From an uncultured Clostridia bacterium (GTDB lineage Bacteria; Bacillota; Clostridia; Oscillospirales; Oscillospiraceae), in the NCBI GenBank assembly GCA_945877515.1, contig CAMCSE010000001.1, positions 615-64,614 on the forward strand: 64,000 nucleotides of DNA. The letters run 5' to 3'. The notes under the pieces were generated by a model. The model searched no databases, was not told the DNA's origin, and worked only from the letters and a program-made list of their open reading frames with translations. Below, one piece after another: positions 34,034-45,602 of the stretch. The translations under genes and the position numbers were made by a program. Numbering within the stretch: position 1 is the stretch's first letter; each line of letters begins with the position of its first letter.

Positions 34034-36085
34034 TTACTCAGCTTCGGCCAGCGCCTTTGCCTCAGCAATGGCTTTCTCCTGCGCCGCAGCGGGGCAATCC
34101 TCGTAGCGGACGAAGTTGAAGGTAAAGGTGCCGCGGGACTGGGTCATGGAGCGCAGGTCAATGGCGTAGCTCATCATCTCGGCCATGGGAACCTCGGCCT
34201 CCAGCACCTGCTCGCCGTCGCCGGTGGGGTTCATGCCCATGACGCGGCCGCGGCGCTTGTTCAGGTCGCCCATGACGTCGCCCAGATAGCTGTCGGGAAT
34301 GGTGACCTTCAGCTCGCCGATGGGCTCCATCAGCACAGGCTTGGCCTCAGGCAGAGCGGCCTTGAAGGCCAGGTTGGCGGCCAGCTTGAAGGCGATTTCG
34401 GAGGAGTCCACGGGGTGATAGGAGCCGTCCACCAGGGTGGCTTTCAGGAACACCACGGGGTAGCCCGCCAGCACGCCGTGCAGGCAGCTCTCCCGCAGGC
34501 CCTTTTCCACGGCGGGGAAGAAGTTCTTGGGCACGGAGCCGCCGAACACGTTCTCTTCAAAGATCATATCTTCCTGCTCGGACTGCGGCTCGAAAATGAT
34601 ATGAACATCACCAAACTGACCGCTGCCGCCGGTCTGCTTCTTATAGCGGCCCTGCTTGCGGACGGTGCTGCGGATCTTCTCACGATAGGCGACACGGGGC
34701 GTGCTCAGCTCAGCATCCACGCCGAAGCGGGACTTCAGCTTGGCACACAGCACGTCGATCTGAATATCGCCGGCGCCGGAGATAACGGTCTGATGGGTCT
34801 CGGCGTTGTTGGTGACAAAGAACGTGGGATCTTCCTCGTTCAGCTTGTTCAGGCCGGTGCCCAGCTTTTCGATCTCCTGCTTGGTCTTGGGGGAGATGGC
34901 GCGCTCATAGCAGGCGGGAGCGAACGCCAGAGGTGCGAACTTGACATAGGTCTTGGGCTCGCACAGGGTATCACCGGTCTTGACCTTGTCCATCTTGCCG
35001 ATGGCGCCGATATCGCCGCAGCAGATCTCCTTGGTCTCCTCGCTCTTCTTGCCCTTCATGGTGTACAGACGGCCCAGCTTTTCGGTGTTGCCGGTGGTCA
35101 TGTTGTACAGGGACATATCGCTGGTGACCTTGCCGCGGATGACCTTGATCATGGAGTACTTGCCGTACTGGTCGGAGATGGTCTTGAACACGAATGCGGC
35201 AGCGGAGCCGTTGGGATCATAGGCGACTTCAATGGCCTTGCCGTCGTCATCCTCGGCGGCCTCGGCGGGCATATCGGTGGCCACGGGAACCAGATCCAGG
35301 ATGGTCTGCATCAGCATATCCACGCCCATACCGGTCAGGGCGCTGCCGCACAGCACAGGGCATACGCTGCCTTCACGGACGCCGATCTTCAGGCCCTTGG
35401 CCATATCCTCGGCGGACAGCTCCATGGTCTCGAAGAACTTCTCCATCAGCTCCTCATCGGCACCGGCGGCGGCCTCCATCAGCTCGGCACGCAGGGCCTC
35501 CACCTCGTCGGCCATGTCGGCGGGAATGGCGCACGCGCCCTTGGCGTCGTAAGCCTTGTTGTGCAGCAGATCCACGATAACGGTGACGGCCTTGTTGGCG
35601 TCAGCCTTGGTGGCCACGATGGGGGCGATGGCGGTACCGAACTTGGCCTTGACAGCGTCGACGCAGGAGGCGTAGTCGGAGTTGGCCTCCTCCACGCGGT
35701 TGATGAACATCATGCGGGGCTTCTTGCCCAGCATCTTCCAGGTACGCTCCATGCCGACGGACAGGCCGTCCTTGGCGTTGCCCACGATGACGGCGCACTC
35801 GGCGGCGCGGATGGCGCACACGGCCTCGCCGGCGAAATCGAAGTTGCCGGGGGCGTCCATCACGTTGATCTTCACGTTCTTATACATGACAGGAGCAAAG
35901 GCCAGAGAAATAGAGATCTGGCGCTTGATCTCCTCGGCGTCGTAGTCGCAGGTGGTGTTGCCGTCAGCGGTCTTGCCCAGACGGTCGGTACCCTTGGTCA
36001 TGTAGAGCATCTGCTCCACCAGAGAAGTCTTGCCGGAGCCGCCGTGGCCCAGCAGGGCAATATTGCGAATGTCGTTTGCAGTCAT
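34034..36085 (-). CDS. fusA: Elongation factor G paralog (EF-G2-like)
   Basis: IRNIALLGHGGSGKTSL, EEDPTF, PRVAYRE, KQTGGSGQFG, DGSYHPVDSSEIAF, LRSMTQ; stand-alone, outside the str operon. Confidence 0.88.
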   Translation of the reverse strand: MTANDIRNIALLGHGGSGKTSLVEQMLYMTKGTDRLGKTADGNTTCDYDAEEIKRQISISLAFAPVMYKNVKINVMDAPGNFDFAGEAVCAIRAAECAVIVGNAKDGLSVGMERTWKMLGKKPRMMFINRVEEANSDYASCVDAVKAKFGTAIAPIVATKADANKAVTVIVDLLHNKAYDAKGACAIPADMADEVEALRAELMEAAAGADEELMEKFFETMELSAEDMAKGLKIGVREGSVCPVLCGSALTGMGVDMLMQTILDLVPVATDMPAEAAEDDDGKAIEVAYDPNGSAAAFVFKTISDQYGKYSMIKVIRGKVTSDMSLYNMTTGNTEKLGRLYTMKGKKSEETKEICCGDIGAIGKMDKVKTGDTLCEPKTYVKFAPLAFAPACYERAISPKTKQEIEKLGTGLNKLNEEDPTFFVTNNAETHQTVISGAGDIQIDVLCAKLKSRFGVDAELSTPRVAYREKIRSTVRKQGRYKKQTGGSGQFGDVHIIFEPQSEQEDMIFEENVFGGSVPKNFFPAVEKGLRESCLHGVLAGYPVVFLKATLVDGSYHPVDSSEIAFKLAANLAFKAALPEAKPVLMEPIGELKVTIPDSYLGDVMGDLNKRRGRVMGMNPTGDGEQVLEAEVPMAEMMSYAIDLRSMTQSRGTFTFNFVRYEDCPAAAQEKAIAEAKALAEAE

Positions 36086-36333
36086 AATGGTTGTGTTCTC
36101 CCTTCAATTTGATCCAGCGCACGGGCGCTGCCGCGCGCAATACGCTCAACATGACGATTATATCTCAGTTTTTCAACTCTGACAACCATTATTTTTAATA
36201 TTTGTATGAAAAATCCCTGCTTCCAACCTACATTTCGTCAACTTACACAATGCTTCTCCGGTTTTTCTGGTCAGGTCGACCAGATGCTGCCGGCAGCGGG
36301 AAAAAGGCCCCCTCAAGCGAGGGAGCCTTTACG

Positions 36334-38523
36334 TCAGAAGTGCTTTACCAGACCGCTCAGCAGCAGCGTGGGCAGCAGCCACAAGGCCAGGAAGCCCAGC
36401 ATGTACAGCGGTGAAAGGGTGGCATAGCTGCCTGCGGAGATGAGGTAATAGGTCAGGAACAGTCCCACCGCAGCGCCCAGATAGCACAGGCATGTGCCGA
36501 TGCGGACAGCGCTGCGAAGGCGGCGGCAGCCAATGACGGTCTCCGTCAGGGGCATGAGCCCCTCCCGGTAGATGACGGCATGGGGGATCGTTCCCTGCTG
36601 CTCCATCACGTCGGACAGTGCCAGACGGGCGGAGACGTTGGGATAGACCGGCTTGCAGTCCACGCCGAACTTCCGTTTCAGCAGCCCCGGCGTCACATTG
36701 CCGCTGCGTACCGCCAGCACAGGCCGCAGTTTGGCCCGGCGCAGGGCGCGCAGCGCCCACTCCACGTTGCGGGAGGGCTGGTACTTGATGACGAAAATGG
36801 CCCCCAAAACACCGTCAACGGCCAGAAAGACACCGGTTTGCAGCTTCAGATCATGGGGCAGGGCCACTTTCTGTTTGCGCATGAAGTACGCGCTGCCCAT
36901 GGCCACCGTTTCGCCCCGGATGGTGCCCACGACGCCGCCCTCCTCGCAGAAGCGGAGGTCGTCCACCCGGGCGGAAAAGCCACCCTCCGCCGCCAGCTGC
37001 TGGCGAAACAGGGGCGAGAGCCGGCTGTGAGCCGTCTGCGCCATTCCGGCGGCGTAGGAGAGCATCCGGATACGCTCCTCCCCGTAGACCTTGTAGCCGT
37101 TGAAGGCCACCGTGCCGGTGGGGAACAGGTCGTTCTCCGTGACCAGCAACTGGCGGCTGCGGCTCAAAGGCGGCGCGCCGGCATAACCGGCCAGTGCGCT
37201 GCCGCCGCGGGTCAGGCGATGCTGGAGCCGCTTCAGCGGTAGCGCCGCCGTCAGCGGCAGCGACAGTGGAAGAGCCACCGTCAGATGGGCGGACCAAACC
37301 CACAAAAACCGGTCCATACACTGCCCCTTCAGGCAGATCACGGCAGAGAGCAGCGTCGCAATGCTCAGCAGCAGCGGCGTCAGATACCATTGCCAGCGCT
37401 GCGCCGGATCGGGCTGATCTGTCAGGCGATAAAAGCCGGACAGCCGCCCCTTCTGCTTGCACACGCCCGCGTCGGTTCGGGAGGCCACATAGGGCGGTTC
37501 GCCGCCCACATTTACCAGCTGGAACGCCTCCCGGCGGGTTTCACAGTGCAGCAGCATGGCCCACAGCTCCACCCAGATCAGCACTGCGGTGGTGGCGGCA
37601 AAAGGGGGGTACTCCGTCTGGCCGCCGATGGCGTTTACAGCGCAGTGGGCCGCTACCGCCAGCACCAGCAGCAGCGTACCCAACTGGCAGGTCACATGAT
37701 GGCGCCGCAATTCCCGGAATGCGTACTGCCACACGTCCATGGCCAGCAGAACCACAAGCAGCAGACAACACCCCGGAACGCCGCTGCGCAGCATGGCGTT
37801 TTCCCACCAGAGGGCGGGCATGTAACCCAGTCCGTCCAGTACTGCCGGCACGATCAGGGCGGCAACGGGCACGCTCACCAGTGTCAGGGAACGCCGCAGA
37901 TGCTTGGCCCGGCGCTTTTCCGCCCGAAAGGCCTCGTCGCTGTCCGGCTCCGGCTCGGGTTCCGGTTCCGGCGGACGGCGCTCCGGCTCCGCCCACAGCT
38001 GCTCGGTGTCCTGCCGCGGCTTGCGGCGGGTACGGCCGCGGGGCAGCAGGCTCTGGAGACGCTCCTTCAGCGTGAGCGGCGGCTCAAGGATACCGTCGTC
38101 GTTTTCCGCCAGCACCGCGTCCACCGTATCATGCATCACATGTTTCAGCGACACACGATCCGGCGGCAATTCCTCCTCCGGCTCCGGGGGAGGAGGCGGA
38201 GCCGGCTTGGCCGGTTTCTCCGCCGGCGCCGTACGGATCATGGGAAATTCAGCGGTGTCCTGCCGCTTCTCTCTCCATTTTCTGGTTTTTGATTTCTTCG
38301 CTGGCTTGGGCAGCTCGGTGGTGATCTCCTCCGGCTGAGTTGCGGGGACATGCTCTTCCGCCGCCGGCACAGGTTCGGGAGAAGAATCCGCCGCAGGCGC
38401 CGGCTGGGTTTGGGCAGGCTGACGCCCACCCTTGCCGTATTCGGCCAGGATGGACTCCAGAGAGTATTCCCCGTCCTCAGGGATTGGGGACATATGCAGT
38501 TGTGCGTCATCCTGCCTGTGCAT
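36334..38523 (-). CDS. Membrane protein with Pro/Glu-rich N-terminus and degenerate P1B-type ATPase-like domains
   Basis: Several TM helices; GETVAMGSAYFMRKQ and LAVDGVLGAIF resemble N/P domains; TENDLFP lies where DKTGT is expected. Start codon uncertain. Confidence 0.65.
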   Translation of the reverse strand: MHRQDDAQLHMSPIPEDGEYSLESILAEYGKGGRQPAQTQPAPAADSSPEPVPAAEEHVPATQPEEITTELPKPAKKSKTRKWREKRQDTAEFPMIRTAPAEKPAKPAPPPPPEPEEELPPDRVSLKHVMHDTVDAVLAENDDGILEPPLTLKERLQSLLPRGRTRRKPRQDTEQLWAEPERRPPEPEPEPEPDSDEAFRAEKRRAKHLRRSLTLVSVPVAALIVPAVLDGLGYMPALWWENAMLRSGVPGCCLLLVVLLAMDVWQYAFRELRRHHVTCQLGTLLLVLAVAAHCAVNAIGGQTEYPPFAATTAVLIWVELWAMLLHCETRREAFQLVNVGGEPPYVASRTDAGVCKQKGRLSGFYRLTDQPDPAQRWQWYLTPLLLSIATLLSAVICLKGQCMDRFLWVWSAHLTVALPLSLPLTAALPLKRLQHRLTRGGSALAGYAGAPPLSRSRQLLVTENDLFPTGTVAFNGYKVYGEERIRMLSYAAGMAQTAHSRLSPLFRQQLAAEGGFSARVDDLRFCEEGGVVGTIRGETVAMGSAYFMRKQKVALPHDLKLQTGVFLAVDGVLGAIFVIKYQPSRNVEWALRALRRAKLRPVLAVRSGNVTPGLLKRKFGVDCKPVYPNVSARLALSDVMEQQGTIPHAVIYREGLMPLTETVIGCRRLRSAVRIGTCLCYLGAAVGLFLTYYLISAGSYATLSPLYMLGFLALWLLPTLLLSGLVKHF

Positions 38524-38538
38524 TCGTTCAAGCTCCGG

Positions 38539-39321
38539 TCAGTTCCGCTGACGCACCGCCTCATACAGGAGGATGGCGGCGGCAGCGGAAGCGTTCAGTG
38601 AGGAAATATGTCCCTTCATGGGAATACTGACAAGAAAATCACAGTTCTCCGACACAAGGCGGGTCATGCCGTCGCCCTCGGAACCGATGACGATGGCAGC
38701 AGGCCCTTTCAGGTCGGCGTTATAGAGCGATGTGTTCCCATCGGCGGCCGTACCGAATACCCACACGCCCTGCTTCTTCAGCTCTTTCAGCAGCGAGGGG
38801 ATGTTGGCCACCCGGGCCACCGGCATATAGCTGACAGCGCCGGCAGAGGTCTTGGCCACGATAGCGGTCAGACCCGCGCTGCGGCGCTTGGGGATGATGA
38901 CTCCGTGGGCACCGGCACATTCGGCGGTGCGGAGGATGGCCCCCAGATTATGGGGATCGGAGATCTCGTCGCAGACCACCAGCAGCGGCGCTTCTCCCTT
39001 GTCGGCGGCGCTCTGGAGGATGCTCTCCACCGTCACGTATTCCCGAACGGCAGCCAGCGCGATCACGCCCTGATGGGCGTGGGTGCGGCTCATGTTGTCC
39101 AGCTTGCGGCGATCCGCCTCCACCACCACGATGCCCGCGTCCCGGGCCTTGGAGGCGATATGGCCCAGGGTTTTATCCGTGTCCCCCTTGGCCAGATAGA
39201 TCTTGTCAATGGCCGCTCCGGAGCGGAGGGCTTCAATGACCGCGTTGCGGCCTTCAATTATGCCGTCGGCCTCCGCCTCCGGCATGGGGCGGCGCTTTTC
39301 GGAGGGTGTCTGTTCTTTCAT
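38539..39321 (-). CDS. rlmB: 23S rRNA (Gm2251) 2'-O-methyltransferase
   Basis: EGRNAVIEAL, HQGVIA, DPHNLGAILR, GSEGDG, SLNAS. Confidence 0.96.
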   Translation of the reverse strand: MKEQTPSEKRRPMPEAEADGIIEGRNAVIEALRSGAAIDKIYLAKGDTDKTLGHIASKARDAGIVVVEADRRKLDNMSRTHAHQGVIALAAVREYVTVESILQSAADKGEAPLLVVCDEISDPHNLGAILRTAECAGAHGVIIPKRRSAGLTAIVAKTSAGAVSYMPVARVANIPSLLKELKKQGVWVFGTAADGNTSLYNADLKGPAAIVIGSEGDGMTRLVSENCDFLVSIPMKGHISSLNASAAAAILLYEAVRQRN

Positions 39322-39432
39322 AGGAAAACCGGCCTTTCCGTAAATTGATATACGATTTGATTATAGCATACATCTCCGGCAAGATAAAGCGCGATTCATA
39401 GAAATTTTACAGAAAAACCGCCAATGTGCCGC

Positions 39433-39461
39433 TTGTGACACGAGATGTTATGTGGTATACT
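39433..39461 (+). promoter_or_regulatory. sigma-A promoter for ftsH paralog
   Basis: TTGTGA-17-TATACT with extended TG. Confidence 0.55.
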
Positions 39462-39507
39462 GACATTCATACATAATGAGAATATCCGCTCTTTCAAGGA
39501 GGGTTAT

Positions 39508-41652
39508 ATGGCAGATAATAACAACCGCAACAATAAAAACAACAAAAACAGCAACCGGATGCGCGGTATTATGACGCTGGTGGCGTGGGCAGTGGTGCTG
39601 ACGGTGGCGATGAACTACATCAGCGCCTATTCCGGCAATACCGCCAACAAGTCCTCCAGCCACGAGATCAAGTACAGCCAGATGGTGGAGATGGTGGAAA
39701 AGAACCAGGTCAAGGAGATCCAGTTCAAGGATCAGACCATCTATATCACTCCGGTGGACGGCTATACCTATACGGAGGAGGCCCAAGAGGGCAGCAAGCA
39801 GCCGCCCAAGACCTACACCCAATCCAAAGAGACCAACCTGACGCTGTACACCGCGTACCTGTCCAACGACCAGCTGCTGCCTCTGCTGGAGGAGCACAAT
39901 GTGGCCTACACCGGCTACTATGAGGCCGAGATGAACCCGGTGCTGGTGTTCATGGTCAGCTATATCCTGCCGACCATCATCATGGTGGGCCTGTTCATGC
40001 TGATCATGCGCTTCCTCAGCAAATCCAGCGGCGGTGGGTTCGGCGGCATCGGCAACGTGGGCAAGTCCAACGCCAAGGTCTATATGGAAAAATCCACCGG
40101 CGTCACCTTCAAGGACGTGGCCGGTCAGGATGAGGCCAAGGAGTCGCTGGCGGAGATCATCGACTTTCTGCACAATCCCGGCAAGTACACCGCCATCGGC
40201 GCCAAGCTGCCCAAGGGCGCGCTGCTGGTGGGTTCTCCCGGTACCGGTAAGACGCTGCTGGCCAAGGCCGTGGCCGGCGAAGCGGGCGTGCCTTTCTTCT
40301 CCATCTCCGGCTCTGACTTTGTGGAGATGTTCGTGGGCGTAGGTGCCAGCCGTGTCCGCGACCTGTTCAAGGAGGCCGCCAAGGTTGCCCCCTGCATCAT
40401 TTTCATCGACGAGATCGACACCATCGGCAAGTCCCGTGACGCCAGCCGCTTCGGCGGCAACGACGAGCGGGAGCAGACGCTGAATCAGCTGCTGGCGGAG
40501 CTGGACGGCTTCGACCCCAGCAAGGGCGTCATCGTGCTGGGCGCTACCAACCGGCCTGAGGTGCTGGACAAGGCGCTGCTGCGTCCCGGCCGCTTCGACC
40601 GGCGCATCACCGTGGATCGGCCCAATCTGGCAGGCCGTCTGGCCACCCTGCAGGTGCATACCCGCAACATCCATCTGGCGGAGGACGTGGATCTGGAGAA
40701 GATCGCCCAGGCTACCGCCGGCTGTGTGGGCGCGGATCTGGCCAATCTGGTCAACGAGGCCGCGCTGCGGGCCGTCCGCAAGGGCCGCAAGGCCGTGAAT
40801 CAGAACGATCTGCTGGCCTCCTTTGAGCTGGTCATCGCCGGCAGCGAGAAGAAGGGCACCGTCATCACCGAGGAGGAAAAGCGCATCATCGCGTACCACG
40901 AGGTGGGTCACGCACTGGTGGCGGCCAAGCAGAAGAACGCCCAGCCGGTCAGCAAAATCACCATCGTGCCCCATACCCAGGGCGCGCTGGGCTACACGCT
41001 GCATCTGCCGGAGGAGGAGAAGTTCCTCATGTCCCGTGACGACATTCTGGCGGAGATCCGCACGCTGCTGGCAGGCCGCTCCAGCGAGGAAGTGGTGTGC
41101 AACACCATGACCTCCGGCGCCGCCAACGACATCGAGCGGGCCACGGAGATGGCCCGGAATCTGGTGGCCCGATTCGGTATGTGCGACGAGTTCGACATGA
41201 TGGCCCTGGGCAGCGTCCAGAGCCAGTATCTGGACGGCTCCTACTCCATGACCTGCGCGCAGGAGACGTATGCCGCCGCTGACCGGGAGACCATCAAGAT
41301 CCTGCGCCAGTGCCACAAGGAGGCCAAGGAGATTCTGGTGGAGAACCGGGAGCTGCTGGACAAGATCGCCGCATACCTGTTGAAGAAGGAGACCATCACC
41401 GGTCAGGAGATGATGGCCATTATCGAGGGTCGCGACCCGGAGACGGTGGACAACTACGGCGCCACCAAGGAGCCGGACCAGAAGCTGTTCCGCCCCAGCG
41501 TGCCGGATGTGATCGAGGCGCCTGCCAAGCACATCAACATCGTGTCCCAGCCCATCCCTATGCCGGACTTTGGCGAAAATCCGGCGGAGGACAAGCCCGC
41601 CGGGGATCAGCCGGAGGAGGGTGCAGACACCTCAGAACCGGAGCAGAACTAA
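39508..41652 (+). CDS. ftsH: ATP-dependent zinc metalloprotease FtsH (stand-alone paralog)
   Basis: Two TMs, [34 protein letters not shown]. Confidence 0.95.
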   Translation: MADNNNRNNKNNKNSNRMRGIMTLVAWAVVLTVAMNYISAYSGNTANKSSSHEIKYSQMVEMVEKNQVKEIQFKDQTIYITPVDGYTYTEEAQEGSKQPPKTYTQSKETNLTLYTAYLSNDQLLPLLEEHNVAYTGYYEAEMNPVLVFMVSYILPTIIMVGLFMLIMRFLSKSSGGGFGGIGNVGKSNAKVYMEKSTGVTFKDVAGQDEAKESLAEIIDFLHNPGKYTAIGAKLPKGALLVGSPGTGKTLLAKAVAGEAGVPFFSISGSDFVEMFVGVGASRVRDLFKEAAKVAPCIIFIDEIDTIGKSRDASRFGGNDEREQTLNQLLAELDGFDPSKGVIVLGATNRPEVLDKALLRPGRFDRRITVDRPNLAGRLATLQVHTRNIHLAEDVDLEKIAQATAGCVGADLANLVNEAALRAVRKGRKAVNQNDLLASFELVIAGSEKKGTVITEEEKRIIAYHEVGHALVAAKQKNAQPVSKITIVPHTQGALGYTLHLPEEEKFLMSRDDILAEIRTLLAGRSSEEVVCNTMTSGAANDIERATEMARNLVARFGMCDEFDMMALGSVQSQYLDGSYSMTCAQETYAAADRETIKILRQCHKEAKEILVENRELLDKIAAYLLKKETITGQEMMAIIEGRDPETVDNYGATKEPDQKLFRPSVPDVIEAPAKHINIVSQPIPMPDFGENPAEDKPAGDQPEEGADTSEPEQN

Positions 41653-41656
41653 CAGC

Positions 41657-41688
41657 AAAAGTCCCGCGGCAATAGCCGCGGGACTTTT
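41657..41688. terminator. Bidirectional terminator
   Basis: AAAAGTCCCGCGGC-AATA-GCCGCGGGACTTTT. Confidence 0.88.
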
Positions 41689-41692
41689 CCGT

Positions 41693-42538
41693 TTATTGAT
41701 CTGCGATCTCCCTGATCCGTGCCGTCAGCAGCGGAAGCGCTTTCTCAAATTCCACGCCGTACCACGCCGCCTGCGGATCGGTGCGGGTGGCCTGGATACA
41801 CTGCAGCGTAAAATCCACCGCAAGCCGGAAGGCCTCCCGCAGACTCAGGCCCCGCATAATGCCGCCCACCGCTGTGGCGGAGAAGATATCTCCGGTGCCG
41901 TGATAGGCCTGCGGCTCCCGGCGGTTAAAGTAGGTGTCATATGCGCCGGTAACGCTGTCATAGGACATAAAGCCGATGGTGTCCTTTTCAAAGGATACCC
42001 CGGTCAGCACCACCTTTTCCGCACCCAGCGCCGCCACGCCCTGCAGCAGCGCCTTGATATAGTCCTCATCGTAGCTTTCCCGGTACTCCATGCCGGTCAT
42101 CAGACTGGCCTCCGTAATATTGGGCACGGTGATCTGCGCCCGGGACACCACCCGGGCCATCAGCGCCGGAAACTCCGGTCCAAACCCGGCGTACAGCTTG
42201 CCGTGATCGGCCATGGCGGGGTCTACAAACAGCAGCGTGTCCTGATCCGCCAGCAGCTCCAGCAGCTCCAGCACCACCGCCACCTGACGGTCTGAGGCCA
42301 GATAACCGGTATACAGCGCGTCAAAGCGCACGCCCTGTGTCTTCCAGTGCCGGGCCACCGGCAGCAGCTGATCCGTCAGATCATGGCAGATGAAATCCGG
42401 AAAGCTGGTATGGGTGCTCAGCACCGCTGTGGGCAGGATGGCGCACTCCACCCCCATGGCGGAGACCACCGGCAGCGCCACCGTCTGGGAACAGCGGCCC
42501 AGACAGGACACATCCTGAATACTGGCAATGCGTTTCAT
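41693..42538 (-). CDS. pdxK: Pyridoxal/pyridoxamine kinase
   Basis: IQDVSCLGRCS, PTAVLSTHT, YTGYL, DPAMADHG, PNITEA, HGTGD. Confidence 0.9.
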   Translation of the reverse strand: MKRIASIQDVSCLGRCSQTVALPVVSAMGVECAILPTAVLSTHTSFPDFICHDLTDQLLPVARHWKTQGVRFDALYTGYLASDRQVAVVLELLELLADQDTLLFVDPAMADHGKLYAGFGPEFPALMARVVSRAQITVPNITEASLMTGMEYRESYDEDYIKALLQGVAALGAEKVVLTGVSFEKDTIGFMSYDSVTGAYDTYFNRREPQAYHGTGDIFSATAVGGIMRGLSLREAFRLAVDFTLQCIQATRTDPQAAWYGVEFEKALPLLTARIREIADQ

Positions 42539-42702
42539 GAAAAGCGCCTCATTTCTTTCGTGTCGGTTGATAGCAGTAATTTTATATTATATCATATTTT
42601 GGGTATCTTCAAATGTCCAGTTTATGCATGAAGAAAGATACCAGATCGCAAAAAATTTTCTTGTGCATTACCGGCGGATGTGGTACACTGGAATAGCGGT
42701 TT

Positions 42703-42787
42703 GCGGGTATGATGAAATTGGTAGACATGCGAGATTTAGGTTCTCGTGCAGCAATGCGTTGGGGTTCGAGTCCCCATACCCGTACCA
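42703..42787 (+). tRNA. tRNA-Leu(TAG)
   Basis: Acceptor GCGGGTA/TACCCGT, anticodon arm CGAGA-TTTAGGT-TCTCG, long variable arm, GTTCGAG T-loop, encoded CCA; promoter TTGTGC-17-TACACT upstream. Confidence 0.97.
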
Positions 42788-42788
42788 G

Positions 42789-42814
42789 AAAGGCGGCCAA
42801 ATGGCCGCCTTTTG
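42789..42814 (+). terminator. Terminator after tRNA
   Basis: AAAGGCGGCCA-AA-TGGCCGCCTTTT. Confidence 0.85.
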
Positions 42815-42969
42815 CTTTTCCCCTTGTAAAGTGACCTACCACTACGAAAAACGGCGTGTATTTGCAAAAAAGTGTGGCAGTTTTTTCCGGGAAATGGTAT
42901 ACTATTTTTTTATCAATATACTGTCGTGTCTCTGCGCTGTCAGAGCCGATCTTATAGGGAGGGCGCAAT

Positions 42970-44346
42970 ATGGAATACCGCACGGAACATGATTCTATGG
43001 GCCAGGTGCAGGTCCCCGCGGACCGATATTGGGGGGCGCAAACCCAGCGTTCCTGCATGAATTTCCCCATCGGCGTCGGCATCGAAACCATGCCGCAGGA
43101 GATTATCCACGCTTTCGGCATTCTGAAGAAGGCTGCCGCCATGGCCAACCACGCTTTGCGGCCGGAAAAGATGACCGCTGAGAAGCGGGATGCCATCTGC
43201 CGGGCCTGCGACGAGATCATAGACGGAAAGCTGAACGACCATTTCCCGCTGGTGGTCTGGCAGACCGGATCGGGTACCCAGACCAATATGAACGCCAACG
43301 AGGTGGTGGCCAACCGCGGCAATGCCCTGGCCGGAAAGCCGCTGCTCCACCCCAACGACGATGTGAACATGTCCCAATCGTCCAACGACACCTTCCCCAC
43401 CGCTATGCACATTGCCGCGGTGCTGGCCCTTGAGGACCGGGTGATCCCGGCCATCGACCGGCTGTGCGCCACCATGCGCCGGCTGGAGGAGGACAACCGC
43501 GGCGTGATCAAATCCGGCCGCACGCATTTGCAGGACGCCACCCCGATTGCCTTTTCCCAGGAGATCTCCGGATGGCGTACCAGTCTGGAGCGGGACAAGC
43601 AGCTGTTGCTGCTGGCGCTGCCGCCTCTGAAAGAGCTGGCGCTGGGCGGTACTGCCGTGGGTACCGGGCTGAACGCGCCTGCCGGGTTTGACACGCAGGT
43701 GGCCGACGCCGTTTCCAAGATCACCGGCAAGACCTTTCTGCCTGCGGCCAACAAATTCCACGCCCTGACCTCCAAGGATGAGCTGGTGTTTGCCCATGGA
43801 GCGTTGAAGGCTCTGGCCTGCGACATGATGAAGATCGCCAACGATGTGCGGTGGCTGGCTTCTGGGCCCCGCAACGGACTGGGAGAGATTCGTATTCCGG
43901 AAAACGAGCCCGGCTCCTCCATTATGCCCGGCAAGGTCAATCCCACTCAATGTGAGGCCGTCACCATGGTGGCGGTACAGGTCATGGGCAACGATGTGGC
44001 GGTGGGTATGGCCGCTTCGCAGGGCAATTTCGAGCTGAACGTCTTTATGCCGGTATGCATCTATAATTTCCTGCAATCGGCACGGCTGCTGGCAGAAGCT
44101 ATCGTTTCCTTCAACGATCACTGTGTGGCCGGCATCACGGCTGACCGCGAAAAAATGCAGGAGAATCTGCGCCGCTCCTTGATGCTGGTAACGGCGCTGA
44201 ACCCCTACATTGGCTATGAGAACGCCGCCAAGGTGGCAAAAAAAGCCTTTCAGGACGGCTGTTCTCTGCGGGAGGCCTGCTTGGCGCTGGGCTTTTTGAG
44301 CGCCGAAAGATTTGATGAAATATTCCATCCTGAGCAGATGGTCTGA
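42970..44346 (+). CDS. fumC: Class II fumarate hydratase
   Basis: [46 protein letters not shown]. Confidence 0.97.
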   Translation: MEYRTEHDSMGQVQVPADRYWGAQTQRSCMNFPIGVGIETMPQEIIHAFGILKKAAAMANHALRPEKMTAEKRDAICRACDEIIDGKLNDHFPLVVWQTGSGTQTNMNANEVVANRGNALAGKPLLHPNDDVNMSQSSNDTFPTAMHIAAVLALEDRVIPAIDRLCATMRRLEEDNRGVIKSGRTHLQDATPIAFSQEISGWRTSLERDKQLLLLALPPLKELALGGTAVGTGLNAPAGFDTQVADAVSKITGKTFLPAANKFHALTSKDELVFAHGALKALACDMMKIANDVRWLASGPRNGLGEIRIPENEPGSSIMPGKVNPTQCEAVTMVAVQVMGNDVAVGMAASQGNFELNVFMPVCIYNFLQSARLLAEAIVSFNDHCVAGITADREKMQENLRRSLMLVTALNPYIGYENAAKVAKKAFQDGCSLREACLALGFLSAERFDEIFHPEQMV

Positions 44347-44362
44347 TAGGAGGTACACGATC

Positions 44363-45535
44363 ATGGATTACGCAAAAGAATCTCTGCGGCTGCATGAGCA
44401 ATGGCAGGGGAAGATCGAAGTCACGGCCACCGTACCTGTTGCGACCAAGGACGACCTGTCCCTGGCCTATACCCCCGGTGTGGCCCAGCCCTGTCTGGAG
44501 ATCCAGAAGGATGTCAGCAAAAGCTATACCCTGACCCGCCGCCATAACCTTTGCGCCGTCATCACGGATGGCTCGGCGGTACTGGGTCTGGGGGATATCG
44601 GCCCGGAGGCCGGTATGCCCGTTATGGAGGGCAAATGCGTTCTGTTCAAGGCTTTCGGCGGCGTGGACGCCTTTCCCCTGTGCATCAAAAGCAAAGATGT
44701 GGACGAGTTCGTCAACACAGTCTATCTGATCTCCGGCAGCTTCGGCGGCATCAATCTGGAGGATATCGCAGCACCCCGCTGCTTTGAGATCGAGCGGAAG
44801 CTGAAGGAGAAGTGCGATATTCCCGTGTTCCACGACGACCAGCACGGCACCGCCGTCATTACGCTGGCCGGTCTCACCAACGCGCTGAAGGTCGTCGGCA
44901 AGCAGAAGGAAACGGTGAAGGTCGTTACCTCCGGGGCCGGGGCAGCCGCTGTCTCTATCGTGAAGCTGCTGCTGGCCGCCGGATACCGCCACATCACCAT
45001 GTGCGACCGCAGGGGCGCCATTTATAAGGGCCGAGAAAATCTCAACTGGGTCAAGGAGGAAATGGCCGAAGTGACCAATCCGGAGCGCCGGGCCGGCTCT
45101 TTGGCCGATATGCTGGTGGGTGCCGATGTGTTTATCGGCGTCAGCGCGCCCGGTATGGTCACAAAGGAAATGGTGCAGACCATGAACCGTGACGCCATCA
45201 TCTTTGCCTGCGCCAACCCCACACCGGAGATCTTCCCCGACGAGGCCAAGGCCGGCGGTGCCAAAGTGGTCTCTACAGGCCGCAGCGATTACCCCAATCA
45301 GATCAATAACGTACTGGCCTTTCCCGGCATTTTCCGGGGTACCTTCGATGTGCGGGCCAGCGATATCAACGAGCCGATGAAAATGGCGGCAGCCCAGGCG
45401 CTGGCCGATCTTATCTCCCCGGAGGAGCTGTCCGCGGACTACATTATCCCGGCTGCGTTTGATCCCCGGGTCGGTCCCGCAGTAGCGAAAGCCGTAGCGG
45501 AGGCGGCCCGTGAAAGCGGCGTCGCCCGCATCTGA
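44363..45535 (+). CDS. NAD(P)-dependent malic enzyme
   Basis: [48 protein letters not shown]. Confidence 0.95.
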   Translation: MDYAKESLRLHEQWQGKIEVTATVPVATKDDLSLAYTPGVAQPCLEIQKDVSKSYTLTRRHNLCAVITDGSAVLGLGDIGPEAGMPVMEGKCVLFKAFGGVDAFPLCIKSKDVDEFVNTVYLISGSFGGINLEDIAAPRCFEIERKLKEKCDIPVFHDDQHGTAVITLAGLTNALKVVGKQKETVKVVTSGAGAAAVSIVKLLLAAGYRHITMCDRRGAIYKGRENLNWVKEEMAEVTNPERRAGSLADMLVGADVFIGVSAPGMVTKEMVQTMNRDAIIFACANPTPEIFPDEAKAGGAKVVSTGRSDYPNQINNVLAFPGIFRGTFDVRASDINEPMKMAAAQALADLISPEELSADYIIPAAFDPRVGPAVAKAVAEAARESGVARI

Positions 45536-45550
45536 CAAACAGCCGTATAT

Positions 45551-45598
45551 AAAAGCCGCATCCCTTTTGCCAGACCGGCAAAGGGATGCGGCTTTTTC
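45551..45598. terminator. Bidirectional terminator
   Basis: AAAAGCCGCATCCCTTT..AAAGGGATGCGGCTTTT. Confidence 0.85.
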
Positions 45599-45602
45599 TG
45601 TA

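Noticed and set aside
39514-39556. AAC/AAT-rich repeat at ftsH 5' end
   Set aside because: Encodes a low-complexity Asn/Lys tail; not a perfect tandem repeat and no sign of phase variation.
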